Origin: Heterodontus francisci
Taxonomy: Eukaryota
DNA length: 64,000 nucleotides
NCBI RefSeq assembly: GCF_036365525.1
Contig: NC_090409.1
Span: 39,318,437 to 39,382,436 of the forward strand
Direction: 5' to 3'
Under the pieces are notes generated by a model. That model worked only from the letters and a program-made list of their open reading frames with translations, was not told the DNA's origin and did not search any database. Of the stretch, positions 38,001 through 48,984 are shown one piece after another; within the stretch, counting starts at the first letter, position 1; every line of letters begins with the position of its first letter. A program made the translations under genes and the position numbers.

Positions 38001-41000
38001 TGGACACCAGTCTCCAGATGTCAGTGAGGGGAACATGGCAGTGTCAACTGGGCTGCATTTGCCTTTGCTGTGTCCTGATTCAATATGTGTGTCACAGCCA
38101 GTGGGCCGTTCAATTTTATTCCTGTTTTCCTTTCCAGTGGTTTGATACAAACTGATTGAAGTGGCCGAGCAGGTCAGAGGGCAGTTAAAAGTCAACCAGG
38201 TTAATGTGGGACTGGAGTCATATAGACCAGACCGGGTAAGGACGGCAGGTTTCCTTCCCGAGAGGGACATTAATGAACTGAATTTAAATTCAGTTCAAAA
38301 TAAATCTGGAAATTTTAAATTCTGAAAGTGCCATGGTGGGATTTGAACTCAAGTTCTCGGGATTATTAGACCAGGCCTCTGGATTACTAGTCTAGTAACA
38401 TAACCACTGCACTACTGCACCCATAAAATCAGAGAGTAAATGCAGAATACCTGAAACAGAATCCTCTCACCTGTTACAGAGAGATGGACAACTTGATGAA
38501 AGACTGGACTCGACCTCTGCAGAATCTGACATCGATACTCATTCTGGTCTGACTGCCTGAGGTCAGAGATCATGAGTGACCAGTTGCCTTGTTCCAGTTG
38601 ATCTTTGAACAGGTTTGTTCTGTTTCTGAACTGTGGGTCTTGTTGTGTTAAATCATCGTTCCCATCGACAAAATTATGTAAAACTCCGCGCTTGAATATC
38701 CACCAAATTACCTGTAACTCAGAGACTGGGACATTCCCTTTGTAGGTACAGGGCAGCACAACCTGCTCCCCAAGGAACCCAGAAACTGAGTAACCTGGAA
38801 AAGATTGAAAGTATTTATCCACAGATATAACCTCCCTGCTGGTACATTCCATCCCAAGCTCCACATGGTTACACTGCGATGCTTGATTTACAAGAAGCAT
38901 TGATCAGTAACTCACTGCTTTCATTTCTGTGGGAAGGTTAAAGGTCAGGCATTAAGGGCCTTCAACTAAAACCAGCTTGTGCTGGATATTTGTATCCACA
39001 GAGCAGCTGGACAGCACTTTGAATCGTGTGTTTCCCATTGTACACATGCTGGGAGAACACATCAGGATCTTGGTCACCCTGCCCACCTCCCCCCTTTGGG
39101 AGAACAATGACAGACTGGGGGTGCACAATGTGAGGTGGAGCTCAGGAGCAGAAAACTGACCCTGAAATGTAAAGACAGGAACGGGTGGGGGAGGGGGTAC
39201 CCGAGGATGTGGAAAGGGCTTTGGACAGGTTGGGGGGACAATGACGGATGAGTACACTGTGTAGGGGGTGAGGCAGCACCTGATGGTCTGAAAGGGGCCG
39301 AGGCAATGTGGATCCTCACCTCTCCACCACTAACCTGTCAGACCTTGCTCCTCACCCTAATACGGCCAGACTCTGCCCCCTCCCAGGACCCAAAACACAA
39401 TCCCCAATCCTGATGACCCTACTCCCCATGCTCAGAGGCAATTCCCAGTTCTATTTGATCCAGGACTGTCCCAGACTCCTGATCCCAGTGCTCAGGACCC
39501 CATCCCAGTACCACTGGACCCCAGTCACCCATCCCAGTGTCACTGAGTGTTGCTCAGTGTCCAGATTCCACTGTTCACATCACAGGGGTTAATCTGAAGA
39601 CATTAACTGCCTTCCTTTCAGGTCTCATGATCATTATGTGTAATGTGAATCGACTGTGTCCACTCCCTCAATGGGCCCACTCACAGTGAACACAGCACCT
39701 TAAAGCAAGATGAATTCCTGATATAATGAAGACTATTCCCCAGTAATATACACATTACTGATTTCAGTCCCAGACACCCAGACAAATGTTCTTTCCAGGA
39801 GATAGCTAACTGCAGTCTGTATAAATTCACAAGGTTAGCACCATCCAGGAAGATAAATCCTGATATAATCCATGTCACCAGCAGCCCCGAACTCTGCTGA
39901 AATGTGAGAGCAGTCACAGCGTTTACCTGAAACAGCAGCAACAGCATTTAACAGCAGCAGCAGGAGGAGGAGTTTCTGTAAGTTGGGTCCCTGCAACAAG
40001 AAAACACAGTTACCCCCCTTTACCACAGTTTCTTGCTGCTCATGTCCATTACTGAGCCGGGACAGGACACAGTCCATGGTCCCTCTCCCCATTACTGACC
40101 TCCCTCCCTCCCGGATCTGAGACACATTGAGACCGGGAGCAGCCCTGACACAGTCCATGGTCCCTCTCCCCATTACTGACCCTCCCTCCCTCCCTCCCGG
40201 CTCTGAGACACATTGAGACCGGGAGCAGCCCTGACACAGTCCATGGTCCCTCTCCCCATTACTGACCCCCCTCCCTCCCGGCTCTGAGACACATTGAGAC
40301 TGGGAGCAGCCCTGACACAGTCCATGGTCCCTCTCCCCATTACTGACCCTCCCTCCCTCCCGGCTCTGAGACACATTGAGACCGGGAGCAGCCCTGACAC
40401 AGTCCATGGTCCCTCTCCCCATTACTGACCCCCCTCCCTCCCGGCTCTGAGACACATTGAGACCGGGAGCAGCCCTGACACAGTCCATGGTCCCTCTCCC
40501 CATTACTGACCCTCCCTCCCTCCCTCCCGGCTCTGAGACACATTGAGACCGGGAGCAGCCCTGACACAGTCCATGGTCCCTCTCCCCATTACTGACCCTC
40601 CTCCCTCCCGGCTCTGAGACACATTGAGACCGGGAGCAGCCCTGACACAGTCCATGGTCCCTCTCCCCATTACTGACCCTCCCTCCCTCCCTCCCGGCTC
40701 TGAGACACATTGAGACCGGGAGCAGCCCTGACACAGTCCATGGTCCCTCTCCCCATTACTGACCCTCCCTCCCTCCCTCCCGGCTCTGAGACACATTGAG
40801 ACCGGGAGCAGCCCTGACACAGTCCATGGTCCCTCTCCCCATTACTGACCCCCCTCCTTCCCGGCTCTGAGACACATTGAGACCGGGAGCAGCCCTGACA
40901 CAGTCCATGGTCCCTCTCCCCATTACTAACCCTCCCTCCCGGCTCTGAGACACATCGAGACCGGGAGCAGCCCTGACACAGTCCATGGTCCCTCTCCCCA

Positions 41001-44000
41001 TTACTGACCCCCCTCCCTCCCGGCTCTGAGACACATTGAGACCGGGAGCAGCCCTGACAGTCCATGGTCCCTCTCCCCATTACTGACCCCCCTCCCTCCC
41101 GGCTCTGAGACACATTGAGACCGGGAGCAGCCCTGACACAGTCCATGGTCCCACTCCCCATTACTGACCCCCCTCCCTCCCGGCTCTGAGACACATTGAG
41201 ACCGGGAGCAGCCCTGACACAGTCCATGGTCCCTCTCCCCATTACTGACCCCCCTCCCTCCCGGCTCTGAGACACATTGAGACCGGGAGCAGCCCTGACA
41301 CAGTCCATGGTCCCGCTCCCCATTACTGACCCCCCTCCCTCCCGGCTCTGAGACACATTGAGACCGGGAGCAGCCCTGACACAGTCCATGGTCCCTCTCC
41401 CCATTACTGACCCCCCTCCCGGCTCTGAGACACATTGAGACCGGGAGCAGCCCTGACACAGTCCATGGTCCCTCTCCCCATTACTGACCCCCCTCCCTCC
41501 CGGCTCTGAGACACATTGAGACCGGGAGCAGCCCTGACACAGTCCATGGTCCCACTCCCCATTACTGACCCCCCTCCCTCCCGGCTCTGAGACACATTGA
41601 GACCGGGAGCAGCCCTGACACAGTCCATGGTCCCTCTCCCCATTACTGACCCCCCTCCCTCCCGGCTCTGAGACACATTGAGACCGGGAGCAGCCCTGAC
41701 ACAGTCCATGGTCCCACTCCCCATTACTGACCCCCCTCCCTCCCGGCTCTGAGACACATTGAGACCGGGAGCAGCCCTGACACAGTCCATGGTCCCGCTC
41801 CCCATTACTGACCCCCCTCCCTCCCGGCTCTGAGACACATTGAGACCGGGAGCAGCCCTGACACAGTCCATGGTCCCTCTCCCCATTACTGACCCCCCTG
41901 CCTCCCGGCTCTGAGACACATTGAGACCGGGAGCAGCCCTGACACAGTCCATGGTCCCACTCCCCATTACTGACCCCCCTCCCTCCCGGCTCTGAGACAC
42001 ATTGAGACCGGGAGCAGCCCTGACACAGTCCATGGTCCCGCTCCCCATTACTGACCCCCCTCCCTCCCGGCTCTGAGACACATTGAGACCGGGAGCAGCC
42101 CTGACACAGTCCATGGTCCCGCTCCCCATTACTGACCCTCCTCCCTCCCGGCTCTGAGACACATTGAGACCAGGAGCAGCCCTGACACAGTCCATGGTCC
42201 CTCTCCCCATTACTGACCTCCCTCCCGGCTCTGAGACACATTGAGACCGGGAGCAGCCCTGACACAGTCCATGGTCCCTCTCCCCATTACTGACCCCCCT
42301 CCCTCCCGGCTCTGAGACACATTGAGACCGGGAGCAGCCCTGACACAGTCCATGGTCCCACTCCCCATTACTGACCCCCCTCCCTCCCGGCCCTGACACA
42401 GTCCATGGTGCCTCTCCCCATTACTGACCCCCCTCCCTCCCGGCTCTGAGACACATTGAGACCGGGAGCAGCCCTGACACAGTCCATGGTCCCTCTCCCC
42501 ATTACTGACCCCCCTCCCTCCCGGCTCTGAGACACATTGAGACCGGGAGCAGCCCTGACACAGTCCATGGTCCCTCTCCCCATTACTGACCCCCCTCCCT
42601 CCCGGCTCTGAGACACATTGAGACCGGGAGCAGCCCTGACACAGTCCATGGTCCCTCTCCCCATTACTGACCCTCCCTCCCGGCTCTGAGACACATTGAG
42701 ACCGGGAGCAGCCCTGACACAGTCCATGGTCCCACTCCCCATTACTGACCCCCCTCCCTCCCGGCTCTGAGACACATTGAGACCGGGAGCAGCCCTGACA
42801 CAGTCCATGGTCCCGCTCCCCATTACTGACCCCCCTCCCTCCCGGCTCTGAGACACATTGAGACCGGGAGCAGCCCTGACACAGTCCATGGTCCCTCTCC
42901 CCATTACTGACCCCCCCTCCCTCCCGGCTCTGAGACACATTGAGACCGGGAGCAGCCCTGACACAGTCCATGGTCCCACTCCCCATTACTGACCCCCCTC
43001 CCTCCCGGCTCTGAGACACATTGAGACCGGGAGCAGCCCTGACACAGTCCATGGTCCCGCTCCCCATTACTGACCCCCCTCCCTCCCGGCTCTGAGACAC
43101 ATTGAGACCGGGAGCAGCCCTGACACAGTCCATGGTCCCGCTCCCCATTACTGACCCTCCTCCCTCCCGGCTCTGAGACACATTGAGACCGGGAGCAGCC
43201 CTGACACAGTCCATGGTCCCTCTCCCCATTACTGACCTCCCTCCCGGCTCTGAGACACATTGAGACCGGGAGCAGCCCTGACACAGTCCATGGTCCCTCT
43301 CCCCATTACTGACCCCCCTCCCTCCCGGCTCTGAGACACATTGAGACCGGGAGCAGCCCTGACACAGTCCATGGTCCCACTCCCCATTACTGACCCCCCT
43401 CCCTCCCGGCCCTGACACAGTCCATGGTCCCTCTCCCCATTACTGACCCCCCTCCCTCCCGGCTCTGAGACACATTGAGACCGGGAGCAGCCCTGACACA
43501 GTCCATGGTCCCTCTCCCCATTACTGACCCCCCTCCCTCCCGGCTCTGAGACACATTGAGACCGGGAGCAGCCCTGACACAGTCCATGGTCCCTCTCCCC
43601 ATTACTAACCCTCCCTCCCGGCTCTGAGACACATTGAGACCGGGAGCAGCCCTGACACAGTCCATGGTCCCTCTCCCCATTACTGACCCTCCATCCCGGC
43701 TCTGAGACACATTGAGACCGGGAGCAGCCCTGACACAGTCCATGGTCCCTCTCCCCATTACTGACCCCCCTCCCTCCCGGCTCTGAGACACATTGAGACC
43801 GGGAGCAGCCGACACAGTCCATGGTCCCTCTCCCCATTACTGACCCCCCTCCCGGCTCTGAGACACATTGAGACCGGGAGCAGCCCTGACACAGTCCATG
43901 GTCCCACTCCCCATTACTGACCCCCCTCCCTCCCGGCCCTGACACAGTCCATGGTGCCTCTCCCCATTACTGACCCCCCTCCCTCCCGGCTCTGAGACAC

Positions 44001-45640
44001 ATTGAGACCGGGAGCAGCCGACACAGTCCATGGTCCCTCTCCCCATTACTGACCCCCCTCCCGGCTCTGAGAGACATTGAGACCGGGAGCAGCCCTGACA
44101 CAGTCCATGGTCCCACTCCCCATTACTGACCCCCCTCCCTCCCGGCCCTGACACAGTCCATGGTCCCGCTCCCCATTACTGACCCCCCTCCCTCCCGGCT
44201 CTGAGACACATTGAGACCGGGAGCAGCCCTGACACAGTCCATGGTCCCACTCCCCATTACTGACCCCCCTCCCTCCCGGCCCTGACACAGTCCATGGTCC
44301 CTCTCCCCATTACTGACCCCCCTCCCTCCCGGCTCTGAGACACATTGAGACCGGGAGCAGCCCTGACACAGTCCATGGTCCCTCTCCCCATTACTGACCC
44401 CCCTCCCTCCCGGCTCTGAGACACATTGAGACCGGGAGCAGCCCTGACACAGTCCATGGTCCCTCTCCCCATTACTAACCCTCCCTCCCGGCTCTGAGAC
44501 ACATTGAGACCGGGAGCAGCCCTGACACAGTCCATGGTCCCTCTCCCCATTACTGACCCTCCATCCCGGCTCTGAGACACATTGAGACCGGGAGCAGCCC
44601 TGACACAGTCCATGGTCCCTCTCCCCATTACTGACCCCCCTCCCTCCCGGCTCTGAGACACATTGAGACCGGGAGCAGCCGACACAGTCCATGGTCCCTC
44701 TCCCCATTACTGACCCCCCTCCCGGCTCTGAGACACATTGAGACCGGGAGCAGCCCTGACACAGTCCATGGTCCCACTCCCCATTACTGACCCCCCTCCC
44801 TCCCGGCCCTGACACAGTCCATGGTGCCTCTCCCCATTACTGACCCCCCTCCCTCCCGGCTCTGAGACACATTGAGACCGGGAGCAGCCGACACAGTCCA
44901 TGGTCCCTCTCCCCATTACTGACCCCCCTCCCGGCTCTGAGACACATTGAGACCGGGAGCAGCCCTGACACAGTCCATGGTCCCACTCCCCATTACTGAC
45001 CCCCCTCCCTCCCGGCCCTGACACAGTCCATGGTCCCGCTCCCCATTACTGACCCCCCTCCCTCCCGGCTCTGAGACACATTGAGACCGGGAGCAGCCCT
45101 GACACAGTCCATGGTCCCGCTCCCCATTACTGACCCCCCTCCCTCCCGGCTCTGAGACACATTGAGACCGGGAGCAGCCCTGACACAGTCCATGGTCCCT
45201 CTCCCCATTACTGACCCCCCTCCCTCCCGGCTCTGAGACACATTGAGACCGGGAGCAGCCCTGACACAGTCCATGGTCCCACTCCCCATTACTGACCCCC
45301 CTCCCTCCCGGCCCTGACACAGTCCATGGTCCCGCTCCCCATTACTGACCCCCCTCCCTCCCGGCTCTGAGACACATTGAGACCGGGAGCAGCCCTGACA
45401 CAGTCCATGGTCCCTCTCCCCATTACTGACCCCCCTCCCTCCCGGCTCTGAGACACATTGAGACCGGGAGCAGCCCTGACACAGTCCATGGTCCCTCTCC
45501 CCATTACTGACCCCCCTCCCTCCCGGCTCTGAGACACATTGAGACCGGGAGCAGCCCTGACACAGTCCATGGTCCCTCTCCCCATTACTGACCCCCCGGG
45601 TGTGAGACACTGACAATACCTGCAGTGCTTTTCTATCCAT
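31833..45640 (-). CDS. Gene B: two-IgV B7/butyrophilin-like membrane protein, 338 aa; complement join(45620..45640,39927..39990,38471..38794,36118..36444,33169..33274,31833..32007)
   Basis: All GT-AG, phases 0,1,1,1,2; 1017 nt with stop and no internal stops; inverted paralog of gene A. Use of both V exons in one transcript is inferred. Confidence 0.8.
33169..33274 (-). CDS. Gene B transmembrane exon
   Basis: ctctag acceptor, TG|gtgagt donor, 106 nt; GPGPSTGAVVGLVVGILFLLLLQGFIVFIIQKRQR(W). Confidence 0.88.
34518..35250. repeat. 47-bp minisatellite in the gene B V2-TM intron
   Basis: Reverse complement of the 16500-17270 unit with a different order of variants. Confidence 0.92.
36118..36444 (-). 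CDS. Gene B V2 exon (membrane-proximal IgV)
   Basis: ttttccag acceptor, gtgaga donor, 327 nt, phase 1-1; ORF 35948..36550; 7 aa differences from the gene A V domain. Confidence 0.88.
37600..38060 (-). mobile_element. LINE endonuclease fragment
   Basis: ORF 37599..38270 ITIPGYVLSHLQDRPTRGG...TYCPPS...GDF; shorter copies after the other V exons (about 16130-16300, 35460-35650). Confidence 0.7.
38471..38794 (-). CDS. Gene B V1 exon (N-terminal IgV)
   Basis: ttttccag acceptor, gtgaga donor, 324 nt, phase 1-1; ORF 38412..38900. Confidence 0.9.
39927..39990 (-). CDS. Gene B exon 2: signal peptide
   Basis: 64 nt, same peptide and splice sites as gene A exon 2. Confidence 0.87.
40068..45595. repeat. 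81-bp minisatellite in gene B intron 1 (about 5.5 kb, roughly 70 units)
   Basis: Reverse complement of the gene A unit, with longer, shorter and about 50-bp deletion variants. Confidence 0.97.
45620..45640 (-). CDS. Gene B exon 1, coding part (MDRKALQ)
   Basis: gcaATGG, CAG|gtattg donor; start of ORF 44993..45640. Confidence 0.75.
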
Positions 45641-46176
45641 TGCCCCTGATCCTCAATCACCAGCTCCCGGAGACAGTAACATTAAACACTTTTCTCTGTC
45701 ATCATTCAGAGGGGGATCTGTCCCTGTCTTTGTGTCTGGGTCCATTCAGAGGGGGATCTGTCCCAGTCCCGGTCCCTTCCCCCTCCCCCATGGTCTGAAG
45801 TGAACAGTTTCCCGGGAGCCGACACTCGGATTGTTGTTTCACTCAAATCCCTTCCCGGGAAAAGCAGCTTTTAACACGGCTTTTCCTGACAGAGACTGCA
45901 CCATTATTACACACTCCCCCACTCAGTGTGACAATGGATCAGTCCAGACCCGCCCACAAAGTTCACTGATGAAGTTAATGAAGTGTCTCGATTTCTTCAC
46001 TCACACTCAGTGAATGTGGTCAGTTTACAAGTTCTCGCAGTGGCTGCATGGGTTTCCAGGCCCGCCCACCAGGTTCTGTTTATCGTAAACGTTCAATTAC
46101 TAAAACCACAAATTCACCGCAGTCCTCACAGACTGGTTTAATTTAATCACACAAACCACCTTTACTGCAGAAGCAG

Positions 46177-46188
46177 GAAATGGAAACT
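46177..46188. promoter_or_regulatory. ISRE-like site upstream of gene B
   Basis: GAAATGGAAACT fits GAAANNGAAACT, about 540 bp upstream of the ATG; motif match only. Confidence 0.35.
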
Positions 46189-47189
46189 GCTGAAATATCT
46201 CAGACTTTGTAAAAACATAAACAGAGTTTAACCCTTTCAGCTCCATTCTCCTCCTCCTGTGCTGTTTCTATTCTATTTTATTCTCTGACTGTTCCTCAGA
46301 ACTGAATCCACATCTTCCAGGGTGTTTTCTTTCACTGAATTTGAGATCCAGCTGTGGTTCAGTTGGTAGCTCTCCAGGACTTGGGCACAAAAATCAAGCT
46401 TTATTTGAGGGTGGGTGCAGAAGGAGCCCCGCACTGCCGGAGGGCGCGGTGCAGAGGGAGCTGTCTGAGAAACGGGGAGGGGTGGGGGGGGTGTTCTGGG
46501 TGGTCACTATCACATTGCTGGCTGTGGGATCTTGCTGTGCACACACTGACTGCTGCATTTCCTACATTACAACAGTCAATACACTTCAGAAAAAGTACAT
46601 CATTGGCTGGGAAGCATTTTCAGATGCCGGTGGTCGTGAAAAGCAAGACTTGCGAGACTTTTTTCTCCCGCCACATCAGCTCCATCAGTGAGAGCTCGAA
46701 CCTCCCTCTCTGTGACATCTCCCAGACTTTACCCACTCAGCCCATCTGCTGCTGAAGCCCTCATTCCTTCCTTTCTTACCTCCACACTCAATTATTCCAA
46801 CCCTCTCCTGGCCTGAATGAGGCTCCACATTGAGGATTGAACCTGACAAACGTTTACCTTCACTGTCAAAACTCACACATGAAGAATGGATGTTTATGTG
46901 GGCAAACAGAGGGCTGCTGGTATCCACGTGTCAGACATGACTCAGTGGGTAACACTCACCTCAGTCAGAAGGTACTGCAGTACTGAGTGAGTGCTGCACT
47001 GTCAGAGGTACTGTCTTTCAGGTGAGAGGTTAAACCGAGGGCCCTGTCTGCCCTCTTTGATGTGAAGGATCCCACAACCACAAAGCCAGATCCTCCTGGT
47101 TTATTTGTCAATGTTTAGAATTTAACCAACACATAAAACAGTTTAGTGCAGACATTTATCACATGGTTATTTGTGGGAACTTGTTGCGT

Positions 47190-48350
47190 GTAAATTGGTG
47201 AGAAAGACACTGCATAAATGGGAGAAACTGAAACTGGAATTTACCTTTCTGAGATACATTGAACTGTTGGTTGGGGCTCTCTCCTCGTGTTGCTCTGATT
47301 TGGAACATGTTTGACTGTCCCTGTGGCCTCAAGACACACGGCTTTTAATGGAATCCATACTTCAGGATAAACTAGATCTTCCTCATTGTTGTGAGTGAGT
47401 TTACTTCAGTACCCAGGACACATTGATCACTCCATTTAGTTGCTGTTGGCCTTGTTTCAGTATCTGAGACACATTGAATGTCCTCATGGCTGTGGCCTTT
47501 TCACCTCTATTATAATCCCCACTTGTTATCTCTACCCCGGTGAGCAGAGGTGAGAATTCCAGTCTCTGAATACTGGGTTCACATCCAGCAGGAAACTGGT
47601 ACCCGATGGGAGCAGAGAGTCAACCCACCACCCATTGTATCTACCCAGACCCTCCTGGTAGGGCGTTGTTAGTCAGGATAAGGACCTGTCCATATAAAGA
47701 AAGAGTCTTCCTTATGGAGCACAATCTACTGGGTGTAAAAGCAGTGGAAGGAATCAGCTGCCTCATTTTAAAATGATATATTAATTCCTGAGATGTGGGT
47801 GTCACTGGCAAGGCTGGTATTTATTGTCCATCCCGAGATGCCCCTTGTGAAGGTGGTGCTGGGTCTTCTTCAACCGTTTCAGTCCCGTGTGGTAAAGGTG
47901 CTCCCACGGTGCCGTTAGGGAGGGAGATCCAGGATTTTGACCCAGTGACGATGAAGGAACGGCCGATATATCTCCAAGTTGGGACGGTGTGTGTGTGACT
48001 CGGAGAGGAACATGGAGGCGATGGTGTTCCCATGCTCCTGCTGCCCTTGTCCTTCTAGGGGAGGCTGGAGGTTGTGGGTTTGTGAGGTTTTATTGAAGAA
48101 TGTGAGACTGGGAACAGAAGAGAAAGAAGACTTGTTATCCTCCTCGTCCTGTCACCCTCCTCTAGGAAACCTCAATCCCAGACAATAAATTCATTCATTA
48201 AATAAAAAACACCTTTACAATAAATACAACTTCTTATTCCATTAAACATTTCCCCCAACAATTCCTTCTCAGAGCTTCCTTAATGTGAGTTATCCCTCAA
48301 TAAAATAAACTTTCTGAAGTTGGCCATTCACTTTGACCTTTCACCTCCTC
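47190..48350. repeat. Low-copy duplicated block, copy 2 (ISRE consensus at 47224-47235)
   Basis: Near-identical to 25310-26460 and 60797-61815. Confidence 0.9.
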
Positions 48351-48394
48351 ACACATATTTAAATTTCAACTGTTTTATCTTTGAACTGTTTCTG

Positions 48395-48740
48395 CTCGGG
48401 TCAGTGGCACCTGAGACAGCCGCCAATCAGGTGCCACAACGCCCTGTCACTCAGGATTCCCCGCCCAACCGACGGGCTGAGAAAACAGCCAGCCAATCAG
48501 GGAAAGGATGTGCGAGCTGCACTTCCGCCAATCGGTGCTTTCCGCAGATATGACGACACTGTAAAGCGGGATTGCTATTGGTCCCTGATGCCATTAGAAA
48601 CCGATAAACAAGGTTACGTGTTCAGCCGCTGATTGGCTGATGGCTCGCCCAATGGCGGAGGATGAAGAAGGCGGGGGAAAATCAGCCGCCATTTTATGAC
48701 GCAGTCTGATTCACCGCCAAACTGTTAATTCCGGGAATTG
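48395..48740. promoter_or_regulatory. CpG-rich multi-CCAAT promoter-like element downstream of leader module D
   Basis: At least five CCAAT/ATTGG, CCTGTCACTCAG, ETS-like CACTTCCG, YY1-like CCGCCATTTT, TGACGCA, GAS-like TTCCGGGAA at 48729-48737. Confidence 0.6.
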
Positions 48741-48984
48741 TGAAACAAATGTTTGTTTGAGGTGATATTTCGGCGTCGATGTTATCCAGAGGAGATGCGT
48801 TTGCTCAGGATGCAGTGTGATCGGGAACACCGGGATTTTCAGGAGCAGCCGGTAACAGCAGCTGAGGAACAAATGTCAGAAATGGATGTTTGTCTCCACA
48901 GAGCAGCTGGACATCGCTTTGAATCGTGTGTTTCCCATTGTAAACATATTGGTCACAATGTCCACCCCCAGTCTGTCATTAAAA

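Noticed and set aside
40068-45595. CRISPR-like array
   Set aside because: Head-to-tail units with no unique spacers, in a vertebrate intron
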